From: Longimicrobiales bacterium
Lineage (GTDB): Bacteria; Gemmatimonadota; Gemmatimonadetes; Longimicrobiales; Gaopeijiaceae
Reading direction: 5' to 3'
Assembly: GCA_965198065.1 (NCBI GenBank)
Contig: CBDAON010000004.1
Span: 2,176,001-2,240,000 of the forward strand
DNA: 64,000 nt
The translations under genes and the position numbers were made by a program. Shown here one piece after another: positions 1-8,417 of this stretch (within the stretch, counting starts at the first letter, position 1; every line of letters begins with the position of its first letter). The notes below the pieces were generated by a model. It made no database searches. It was not told the DNA's origin and worked only from the letters and a program-made list of their open reading frames with translations.

Positions 1-2
1 CG

Positions 3-392
3 GGTCGCGCCGCTCCCTCGCTTCTGGGACTGAGGCCCGAGACGGGTCGTGGCATCGCGACCCTGGATCCGCCGCCCTCCATCCAGGAGCGAAGGCGCCT
101 CTTCCGGGTCGGGCGTCCGGGCCAGACGCTCACCCTGGCCGACGTGGTGCGGGCCGGCTCCGCGCTCGGTGACGCGATCGCGGGCCGGAGAGTCGTCGGG
201 CGCGAGGACCGGGCGGTTCTCTCGACGACGTCGATCTTCCTGCTCTTGTTCGCCCTACTGGCCGCGTTCTTCCCCCGCGTGGTGGGATGGACGCTGGCGC
301 TGCTCCTCGGGTGGGTCGGGCTCGTGCTCGCCATTCGGAGCGCCATCCAGGTGTGGAAGGCGAGGTGGGGAGGTGGGGAGGCGGAGCCGTGA
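3..392 (+). CDS. C-terminal fragment of a membrane protein running in from the window edge; resembles the TM tail of cardiolipin synthase/PLD-like proteins
   Basis: Frame open from base 3 to TGA 390-392; ends in two hydrophobic helices (IFLLLFALLAAFFPRVVGWTLALLLGWVGLVLAI); stop overlaps the ccdA GTG. Confidence 0.45.
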   Translation, partial: GRAAPSLLGLRPETGRGIATLDPPPSIQERRRLFRVGRPGQTLTLADVVRAGSALGDAIAGRRVVGREDRAVLSTTSIFLLLFALLAAFFPRVVGWTLALLLGWVGLVLAIRSAIQVWKARWGGGEAEP

Positions 393-1117
393 CCGAGCCC
401 GTGAGCCTGTTCGTCGCGCTGAGCGGGGGGATCCTGTCCTTCCTCTCGCCGTGCGTCATCCCGCTCGTTCCCTCGTTCCTGACCTTTGTCACCGGGATGA
501 GCCTTGAGGAAATGCGGGAGGGCCAAGATCGGACGCGTACCCTCACGTATGCGCTTCTCTTCGTCTCGGGGTTCTCCGTCGTCTTCGTGCTGCTCGGTGC
601 TTCTATCTCCTTCCTCGGGCGTTTCTTCAACTACTACGACGTGTGGGTGGCCCGGGTCGGCGGAGCGCTCATCATCGTCCTCGGGCTGCACCTCACGGGC
701 CTCTTTCGGATCACCCCTCTCCTTCGAGAGAGGCGCGTGTTCGAGGCCGGGCGGCCCTCGGGTTACGTCGGGGCCATCGGGGTCGGGATGGCGTTCGGGG
801 CTGGGTGGACCCCCTGTATTGGGCCGGTGATCGCGGCCATCCTGACGCTCGCCGGGCTCCAGGAAACGTTCTGGCGCGGCGTGGGTCTCCTGGCCGTTTA
901 CTCGGCCGGCTTATCGGTCCCGTTCCTCGTGGCGGCCGTGGCCGTTGATCGCTTCCTCGGCGCCTTCCAGCGCTTCCAGCGCTATCTGGGGGCCGTCGAG
1001 ATCGCGTCCGGTGGTCTCCTCGTCTTCCTCGGCCTGCTTCTCGTGACCGGGAGCTTCACTGCTCTTACGAGCTGGCTCGTGCCGTTCACCCCCGACTTCC
1101 TGTTTGAACGGATCTAG
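389..1117 (+). CDS. ccdA: Cytochrome c biogenesis protein CcdA (DsbD-type TM domain)
   Basis: SFLSPCVIPLVP and GWTPCIGP motifs; GTG start overlapping upstream TGA. Confidence 0.9.
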   Translation: MTEPVSLFVALSGGILSFLSPCVIPLVPSFLTFVTGMSLEEMREGQDRTRTLTYALLFVSGFSVVFVLLGASISFLGRFFNYYDVWVARVGGALIIVLGLHLTGLFRITPLLRERRVFEAGRPSGYVGAIGVGMAFGAGWTPCIGPVIAAILTLAGLQETFWRGVGLLAVYSAGLSVPFLVAAVAVDRFLGAFQRFQRYLGAVEIASGGLLVFLGLLLVTGSFTALTSWLVPFTPDFLFERI

Positions 1118-2970
1118 CGTCCCGAGTCGGAACCTAGCCCGCTCGGGGCACTCGCGACGGTCACGTCGTCGGACTGGATCGCCTGCTCGAGCAGCTGCCG
1201 GCGGAGGAGGGTCGCGTACACGCCTCCCCGCTGGAGGAGCTCCGGATGGGTACCCTGTTCGACCAGCCTTCCCCCGTCCAGCACGAGGATCCGATCCGAG
1301 TGCATGACGGCTGTGACGCGGTGGGAAACCACGAAAGCGGTGCGGCCTCGGAGGGATTCCCTCAGTTCGGCCAGGATTCGGGACTCGGTGTGCGTGTCCA
1401 CCGCGCTGAGCGCGTCGTCTAGAATCAGGATGGCGGGGTCCCTCGCGAGGGCCCGCGCAAGCGTGGCCCGCTGCTTCTGCCCACCAGAAAGGTTGATGCC
1501 GCGCTCGCCCAGACAGGTCTGGTACCCGTGGGGGAACCCCCGGACCTGCTCGTGCAGGTCCGCGACGAGGGCAGCGCGGAGGATCCGAGGATCCATCTGG
1601 CCGTCCGAATCCATGGGCTGCGGAGTCCGCTCCCGTCCCGCACGGTCGTCGGCCAGCTCCTCCGGCGGAATTCCTAGAGCAACGTTCGACGCGATCGTCT
1701 CGGAGAAGAGGAACGCGTCCTGCGGCACCGCGCCGATCACGCGCCGGAGCCCCTCCGGGTCGTACTCTCGAAGGGGGACGCCGTCGAGCAGGACCTCGCC
1801 CTCTGTCGGGTCGTGAATACGCGGGATCAGGGAGACCAGCGTGCTCTTCCCCGAGCCCGTCGGCCCCACGATCGCTACGGTCTCGCCCGGCTCGACCGTG
1901 AACGAGAGGCCGTGCAGTACGTCCCGCTCCGTGCCCGGGTACCGGAATCCCACGTGGCGGAACTCGATTCGGCCGCGGACCACCGATAGGCGGAGGCCCC
2001 GGTCGGGCCGGATACGAGGCTCCCTCTCGAGCATCGCGTTGATGCGGCCCATGGAGGCCTCGCCCCGCTGGAAGAGGTTCACGACCCACCCCAGCGCGAT
2101 CATCGGCCACGCTAGGAGCGCCACGTAGAAGAAGAACGCGACCAGCTCGCCGACCGAGAGGCTTCCCTCCATGACCTGCGCTCCCCCGAGCGCGAGGAGC
2201 ACGACGGTGGCCGCAGCCATGAGAAGCCCGATGATTGGGTGGAAGAGTCCCTCGATCTTCACGAGGCCCAGGTTCCGTCGCATGTACTCGCGGTTCATGG
2301 CGTCGAAGCGTCGTGCCTGGTCCTCTTCCTGTACGTAGGCCCGAACGAGGCGAACGCCCGTCAGGCTCTCCTGGACGCGGGTGGAGAGGTTCGCGAACTG
2401 CTCCTGGATGAGCTGAAACCGCCGGTGGATCACCCGACCGAACCAGAGCACCACGGGTGGGAGCGCGAGCATCGGGACCAGGACCAGGGCGGTCAGCCGC
2501 GGCGAGATCCAGGTCATCAGGGAGATGGCCAGCACGGAGGTCACGGCCGTATTCACCGAGTACATGACGGCCGGGCCGACCGCCTGGCGGACGGCGAGCG
2601 TGTCGTGCGTAGCGCGGCTCATGATGTCGCCGGTTCGCTCCGCGTCGAAGAAGGAAGCATCCAGGCGGAGGAGGTGCCGAAAGAACGTGGCTCGAAGGTC
2701 GCACTCGACGCGCCGGCTCACCCCGTTCATGAGCTCGCGTACTCCATACCGGGCCGCGCCCGCCAGCAGGGCCGTGCCGAGGATCAGCGCCGCGTATCCG
2801 AGGAGGCTCGCCGGGGTGACGGAGGGGGACTCGAGGGCGTCGATGGCCAGCCTAAGGATCCACGGCGTGGCCACGGTGAAGAGGTTCGCGATCACGACCA
2901 GGAGGATCCCCCACGCCAGCCCGCGCCGGTACGGGCGGAAGTACGGAAGCATGGTCGCCAGGTGGCTCAT
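1114..2970 (-). CDS. ABC exporter, fused permease/ATPase (MdlA/YheI-like)
   Basis: TM domain, Walker A GPTGSGKS, signature LSGGQKQR, Walker B ILILDD; ATG at 2970. Confidence 0.9.
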   Translation of the reverse strand: MSHLATMLPYFRPYRRGLAWGILLVVIANLFTVATPWILRLAIDALESPSVTPASLLGYAALILGTALLAGAARYGVRELMNGVSRRVECDLRATFFRHLLRLDASFFDAERTGDIMSRATHDTLAVRQAVGPAVMYSVNTAVTSVLAISLMTWISPRLTALVLVPMLALPPVVLWFGRVIHRRFQLIQEQFANLSTRVQESLTGVRLVRAYVQEEDQARRFDAMNREYMRRNLGLVKIEGLFHPIIGLLMAAATVVLLALGGAQVMEGSLSVGELVAFFFYVALLAWPMIALGWVVNLFQRGEASMGRINAMLEREPRIRPDRGLRLSVVRGRIEFRHVGFRYPGTERDVLHGLSFTVEPGETVAIVGPTGSGKSTLVSLIPRIHDPTEGEVLLDGVPLREYDPEGLRRVIGAVPQDAFLFSETIASNVALGIPPEELADDRAGRERTPQPMDSDGQMDPRILRAALVADLHEQVRGFPHGYQTCLGERGINLSGGQKQRATLARALARDPAILILDDALSAVDTHTESRILAELRESLRGRTAFVVSHRVTAVMHSDRILVLDGGRLVEQGTHPELLQRGGVYATLLRRQLLEQAIQSDDVTVASAPSGLGSDSGR

Positions 2971-3301
2971 TCGAATCGGCGGGCGCGGTATCTGACGAGA
3001 TGAGCGGATGGCCCGGACGTGGACGCCGGAGTGGGCTTCGTCACCCGAGCGGTCCTCGCTCACGGAGCGAGGCCCTCGAGCGGCAGGGAGAGTATACGGT
3101 GGACGGTCGGTGGAAAGTTCCGGTCGAGCGTGTTCCGGTCAGGCGAGCTCCCGTCACCCGCGTGACGCCGGCACTCGTGTTTCCGCTCGTGATCCTGGTG
3201 CTTTCGGCCTCTTCCCTATTAGGTCACGCGGCGAGGAGCCGCCGTGTAACCTGTGGCCGACGGCTCGGGCGCGGCGAGTTCGTCTCTCTTGCGCCCATAC
3301 G

Positions 3302-4501
3302 TCAGGCTCCGGTAGGCTCGCCCAGCCGCTCGAGCAGGTGGGCTGCCGACGCCGCCAGGATCGAGGAGGCGAGGGGCAGGATCGCCTCGTCCACGTCGAA
3401 GCGCGGGTGATGGTGTCTCCTGGGCTCGGGGAGGGCCGCGCCCAGCCAGAAGAACGCGCCGGGCGCCTCCCGGGCCAGAAACGCGAAGTCCTCGGCCTCG
3501 AAGTTTGGCTCGGGACGGACCACCCCATCTACTCCGACGAGCGGACCCACGGCTTCTTCAACCCAGCGCGAGACGGTCGGGTCGTTCACGACCGGGGGGT
3601 ATCCCCCTCGGAACGAAACCTCGGTCCGGGCCCCCATGGCGTCCACGGCCGCAAACGCCTGCCGCACCCCGTCCTGTATCCTGGCGCGGACCTCGGGCGC
3701 GAAGTATCGGAGGGTGCCCAGCAGGTCCACCCGATCCGCGACGACGTTGGGAGCGGTTCCACCCCGTATGCTCCCGAACGTGAGCACGCCCTGATCCGAG
3801 GCCGAGAGGCCCCGGCTTACGACCTGCTGGGCCGCGACGACGCCGAGGGATGCCAGCGCGACCGCGTCCACCCCCTCGTCCGGGCGCGCCGCGTGAGCCC
3901 CCTTCCCCCGGACGGTCACGACCACCTCGTCGGAGCCGGCCCAGAACGGCCCTTCGCGGAGGAAGACGCGCCCGGCGGGGAGGTGCCCCCCAACATGGAG
4001 ACCAACGACCGAGTCCACCCCCTCCATCGCCCCGTCCTCGATCATTCTAACGGCCCCGCTCTTCCCCTCCGCGTCCACCCCCTCTTCCGATGGCTGGAAG
4101 AGGAGCCGGATCGTCCCTGCGGGAAGCTGGCCGGACTCTCTCAGCTCGGCGAGCAGCAGGGAGGCTCCCACGAGCCCGGCCGTGTGGAAGTCGTGTCCGC
4201 AGGCGTGCATGACCCCCGGGACCTCCGACGCGTACGGTGTTTCGTTCCGTTCCTGGATCGGGAGGGCGTCCATGTCCGCCCGGATGGCCACCGTGGGACC
4301 GCTCCCGCTCGCGAGCTCCGCGACCACCCCGGTCTTCCCGACCCCGGTTCGAACCGAGAAGCCCGCTCCTTCGGTCTCACGCGCGGCCAGCGCAGCCGTC
4401 CTCTGCTCCTGGAAGCCGAGCTCCGGATGTCGGTGCACGTCGCGGCGGATCTCGACGAGGCGGGGTGCGAGGGCGCGCGCCAGCTGGAGGAGATCCGTCA
4501 T
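3302..4501 (-). CDS. M20 family amidohydrolase
   Basis: HRHPELGFQE, RADMDALP, MHACGHD, FQPSEE, EDF, HHP motifs. Confidence 0.9.
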   Translation of the reverse strand: MTDLLQLARALAPRLVEIRRDVHRHPELGFQEQRTAALAARETEGAGFSVRTGVGKTGVVAELASGSGPTVAIRADMDALPIQERNETPYASEVPGVMHACGHDFHTAGLVGASLLLAELRESGQLPAGTIRLLFQPSEEGVDAEGKSGAVRMIEDGAMEGVDSVVGLHVGGHLPAGRVFLREGPFWAGSDEVVVTVRGKGAHAARPDEGVDAVALASLGVVAAQQVVSRGLSASDQGVLTFGSIRGGTAPNVVADRVDLLGTLRYFAPEVRARIQDGVRQAFAAVDAMGARTEVSFRGGYPPVVNDPTVSRWVEEAVGPLVGVDGVVRPEPNFEAEDFAFLAREAPGAFFWLGAALPEPRRHHHPRFDVDEAILPLASSILAASAAHLLERLGEPTGA

Positions 4502-4665
4502 GAAGCTTGCGGGTCCGCGGAACGGGCGGATCTGGGGTTGGGAGGAATTGGCGGTCGCGGGGCCCGCCGTTTAGCTTCGGCCACCGGACGGAGATCCCGT
4601 CAGGAGAACGGGTTCCAGGGCGAAACATACAATGCGCCGAAGGGCCCCGACACCTGGGCAGCCAG

Positions 4666-5838
4666 ATGAGCACGGACGGCCTTCTCCTCGGCGGCCTCAT
4701 GTCGGGGACCTCTCTCGACGGCGTGGACGCTCTCCTCCTGTACGTCCGAGGCACGGATCCCGCATCGGTCGAGTGGGAGATCCGGGGGTTTCTTACCGAG
4801 ACCTTCGCGGCGGAGGAGAAGGATCGGATCGCGGAAACGATCGACCACGGCGAGGTGCGGGACGTGGCCCTCCTCGGGGGGGATCTGGGGTTGAAGTTTG
4901 CCGAGGCGTTTCGTCGGCTGCTCGAGACGGTTGGGGTGGACGCGCGTGACGTGGCCGCTGTGGGCTCGCACGGCCTGACGGTCTGGCACGAGCCGCCCGA
5001 AGCGGGCGGCCGGGGCGTGACGCTCCAGATCGGCGACCCCGCGACGCTCGCGGAGGCGCTCGGGTGTCCCGTCGTGAGCGACTTTCGGACTCGAGACGTT
5101 GCTGCCGGCGGACAGGGGGCCCCGCTCGTGCCCTGGTGCGACTGGGTCCTCCTTCGCCGCCCCGGGATCGGTCTGGCCCTCCAGAACCTCGGTGGGATGG
5201 GGAACGTCACGTTCCTCCCACCGACGGGGGGCCCCGAGGGGGTGATCGGCTTCGACACCGGCCCGGGGGTCGCGCTTTTGGACGGAGTGGCGCGGCTCGC
5301 CTCGGGTGGACTCGATCCCTGGGACGTGGACGGGCGCCGGGCGGCCCGCGGGACCGTCGTGCCGGAGCTCCTGGACCAGCTCATGCTGGATCCGTTCCTC
5401 CGAACCCCGCCGCCGCGCTCGACGGGGCGCGAGCGGTTCGGGGACGAGAGAGTGAGCGAGATCGTGGCGAAGGCGGATCCCGCCGGCCCCGGGGAGTGGG
5501 ACGACCTCCTTGCCACCCTGTCCGCGTTCACCGCGCAGTCGGTCGCGGCGGCCTATCGTGACTTCCTCCCCTCCGGATGTGCGGACGAGGTGGTGCTGAC
5601 GGGAGGTGGGGCAAAGAACCCGTCCCTCGTGAGCGGCCTCGCCTCCGCCCTGGCTCCCGTTCCGGTCCGCACAGGTGCCGAGGCGCTTGGAATGGATCCG
5701 GACGCCCGGGAGGCAGCCGCATTCGCGCTCCTGGCCTGGGCCCACCTCCGCGGGATCCCGGCGAACCTTCCTCGGGTGACCGGGGCCTCGGGGCCCCGCG
5801 TGCTGGGCTCCCTCACGCCTGGACGTAGGGGCCGGTGA
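4666..5838 (+). CDS. anmK: Anhydro-N-acetylmuramic acid kinase
   Basis: GLMSGTSLDGVD, DFRTRDVAAGGQGAPLVP, NLGGMGN, FDTGPG motifs. Confidence 0.92.
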   Translation: MSTDGLLLGGLMSGTSLDGVDALLLYVRGTDPASVEWEIRGFLTETFAAEEKDRIAETIDHGEVRDVALLGGDLGLKFAEAFRRLLETVGVDARDVAAVGSHGLTVWHEPPEAGGRGVTLQIGDPATLAEALGCPVVSDFRTRDVAAGGQGAPLVPWCDWVLLRRPGIGLALQNLGGMGNVTFLPPTGGPEGVIGFDTGPGVALLDGVARLASGGLDPWDVDGRRAARGTVVPELLDQLMLDPFLRTPPPRSTGRERFGDERVSEIVAKADPAGPGEWDDLLATLSAFTAQSVAAAYRDFLPSGCADEVVLTGGGAKNPSLVSGLASALAPVPVRTGAEALGMDPDAREAAAFALLAWAHLRGIPANLPRVTGASGPRVLGSLTPGRRGR

Positions 5839-7655
5839 GCCGGTCGGATCGATCGATCCGTGCCGGCCGCCGGGGCCGGTCGGCCCTGCAGAGGGACGCC
5901 TCGACCTCGGGCTCCGCCACGGGGGTGCCGGCGACGCGGGGTCGGCGCGCGTGGATCGGGACGGCCGTCGTCGTCCTGGCGCTGTCCACCTCGGCGATTG
6001 CCGCCGTGTGGACCCCAGCGCCGCACACGGGCGGGGACAACGCCGGCTATCTCGCGCTCGCTCACTCCGTGGTGGAGGGGCAGCGGTACGTGGAAGCTTG
6101 GGACCCCGAGTCCCCGCCGCACACGAAGTACCCACCGGTCTACCCGCTTCTCCTCGGGGCGCTGATCGGGATGGGAGCCTCGGCCTGGACGGCGTTCAAG
6201 GCCCTGTCGGCCGTCTCTCTCGCGGGCGCCGCCCTGCTCGCGTTCCTATGGGCGGGGCGGCGCGTGGGGCCTCTCGCCGGCGGCGGCATTGCCCTCCTCG
6301 CGCTGCTCTCGCACGGCTGGCTCGACGCGAGCCGCTGGACCCTCTCCGAGCCTGTCTTTCTCGCCTTCGCGTTCCTGGCGCTGTGGGCCGCCGACCACGC
6401 CCTCGATCCACCACGCCTCCCCATCCCGTGGCTGGGTGGGGGCGAAGGGTCGGGGTCCGGAGAGCGCACGAAGCCGGGCTGGCTCGCCCTCGCCACGTTG
6501 GCGACGGTACTCACGTGCATGACCCGAGCCGCGGGCGCGCCCCTGGCGGTCGCCCTCGTACTCGTGCTCACGCTCGGGACACGGCTCCGGAGCGCCGCGG
6601 TCGTTTCTGCGAGCCTGGCCGCTCCGGCGGCCTGGTGGCTCGTTCGGAGCCGGGGGAGCCCGGGGGCGTACCAGTACGAGTTCTGGATGGCGAACCCGTA
6701 CGAACCCGGGCTGGGCACGGTGGGCTGGCCCGACCTCCCCGCACGAGCGTGGGCGAATCTTCGCCTTTACGTCGGAGAGGTCGTTCCCCGGGAGTGGTGG
6801 TCGAGCCTGGATGGCGGCGTGGCCGTGTCGGTCGGGGCCGCCCTGGTAACACTGGCGGTCACCGGCTGGGTCCTCAGGTTGCGGCGAAAGGGTGCGGGCG
6901 CAGCCGAGGTGTTCGCTCCCCTCTATCTGGGGATGATCCTGGTGTGGCCGGAGGTCTGGTCCGGGGAGCGCTTCCTCCTTCCCCTCTACCCCCTCCTCTT
7001 CCTTTACGCAGGCGAAGCGCTGGTCCCGGCGGCGCGTCGGCTCGGCCGGCTCGCGGTGCCGTCCGCGGCTGCCGCCTCCTGGCTCGTCGTGGCCCTTCCG
7101 GCGCTTCCCGGAGCCGTCCGCTTAGCGGCCGACGCTCGGGTGTGCCGCCGTGTGGTGGAGACCACGGACGACGTCTTCGAGTGTCATGCACAGGGCTTTC
7201 GCGAGTTCAGAGAAGCCGCGACCTGGGCAGGAGCGAATCTCCCGGCCGGATCCGTCGTCCTGAACCGGAAGCCACGTATCTTCTTCCTCCTGGGTCGGAC
7301 GCCGGGGCGGGTCTTCCCGTTCACCTCCGATCCGGCGGCCCTCCTGGACGAGGCCGATCGCGCTGGCGCCCGATATGTCCTTATCGACCAGGTGGACGCG
7401 CTCGCCACCGTTTACGTCCCGGCCGCGATCGAGGCCCGGCCCCTCGCATTCTGCTACATGGGCGGTTGGGGAGCCCAAGGAGGGGGGCCCAGCACGAACC
7501 TGTTGGGAATCCTGCCTCCCGACGAGCGGGGGGACGGGGGGACCTTCGCTGACATCGGGACGTGCCCGGACTCGTACCGCGCGGATCCGTCGGCCCCCAC
7601 TGGGGAGCGTGGGGAGCGCGAGGGGCTCAGGATTCCCCTGCTCGTCGGCCCCTGA
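5835..7655 (+). CDS. Polytopic membrane protein, GT-C (ArnT/PMT-like) glycosyltransferase candidate
   Basis: GGDNAGY..LA, KYPPVYPLLL, LSEP and RFLLP motifs; many TM helices. Confidence 0.6.
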   Translation: MSRSDRSIRAGRRGRSALQRDASTSGSATGVPATRGRRAWIGTAVVVLALSTSAIAAVWTPAPHTGGDNAGYLALAHSVVEGQRYVEAWDPESPPHTKYPPVYPLLLGALIGMGASAWTAFKALSAVSLAGAALLAFLWAGRRVGPLAGGGIALLALLSHGWLDASRWTLSEPVFLAFAFLALWAADHALDPPRLPIPWLGGGEGSGSGERTKPGWLALATLATVLTCMTRAAGAPLAVALVLVLTLGTRLRSAAVVSASLAAPAAWWLVRSRGSPGAYQYEFWMANPYEPGLGTVGWPDLPARAWANLRLYVGEVVPREWWSSLDGGVAVSVGAALVTLAVTGWVLRLRRKGAGAAEVFAPLYLGMILVWPEVWSGERFLLPLYPLLFLYAGEALVPAARRLGRLAVPSAAAASWLVVALPALPGAVRLAADARVCRRVVETTDDVFECHAQGFREFREAATWAGANLPAGSVVLNRKPRIFFLLGRTPGRVFPFTSDPAALLDEADRAGARYVLIDQVDALATVYVPAAIEARPLAFCYMGGWGAQGGGPSTNLLGILPPDERGDGGTFADIGTCPDSYRADPSAPTGERGEREGLRIPLLVGP

Positions 7656-8319
7656 TGGCCCGCGGAGCGCGCCCGCAAAGGAGCCCCAGGAGCAGTCCGT
7701 TGCAGAGATGCGCCAGATAGGGGTCGGCCTCGGAGGACCCGACCTCGAGGAGGGCCGATACGACCGGGACGCGGCGGATCGGCGAGAGGGGCTCGAGGGA
7801 CCGAAAGAGGCCCCCCGCGGGAGCCAGCGCGTAGTCGAGGGTTCCGGTGAGCGCCCCCTTGAGGAGGGGGCCTCCCGGCAAGTACGGGTCGATCAGCGCC
7901 GCATAAATCAGCCCCCGCCCGGCACCGCCGAGGAGCTCGTCGAGCGGGTCCTGGTCGTCCTCCCGCTCGTCGGCTCTCCGCGAGCCCCCCAGCTCACGGG
8001 CGGCGAAGACCAACGCGGCGGCGGCGGCTCCGGCGAGAGCCCCGCGGGCGAGGCGCCAGCTCGACGGCCGATGGGTGACGAGACGCTTCGCGAGCACTGC
8101 GCCGAGAAGCGCCGCGGAGCCCCCCGCGAGCAGGCCCAACGGGTACGTAGTTCCCTCGGGACCGCCCGGTGCGGAGGCGCTGCCCCTCCGTCCGCGGGAG
8201 TCGTTGGGTGGTCTGGGAGAGCGCGGGCGCTCCGGGTCCGAGGGTCCCGGAAACGCCGACGCGACACTTTCGACGGCACGCCCGAGCGTGTACCAAAGCG
8301 AGCGGTCCGTCGGCGGCAT
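7627..8319 (-). CDS. Hypothetical membrane-associated protein
   Basis: ATG with upstream GAGGAG; hydrophobic segments; fills the gap between flanking genes. Confidence 0.6.
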   Translation of the reverse strand: MPPTDRSLWYTLGRAVESVASAFPGPSDPERPRSPRPPNDSRGRRGSASAPGGPEGTTYPLGLLAGGSAALLGAVLAKRLVTHRPSSWRLARGALAGAAAAALVFAARELGGSRRADEREDDQDPLDELLGGAGRGLIYAALIDPYLPGGPLLKGALTGTLDYALAPAGGLFRSLEPLSPIRRVPVVSALLEVGSSEADPYLAHLCNGLLLGLLCGRAPRAIRGRRAGES

Positions 8320-8417
8320 GCGAGGCTCCTCGGGGAGGGAATGGCTTGAAAGATCGTGGGGATCGAAGTTGTTGGAAACCTGCGGGCCGGGCCGCTGAGG
8401 CGGGCCGCACCCTCCCA

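Noticed and set aside
2971..3301. 331-bp spacer upstream of the ABC exporter as a riboswitch or small gene
   Set aside because: No recognisable aptamer motif or convincing ORF.
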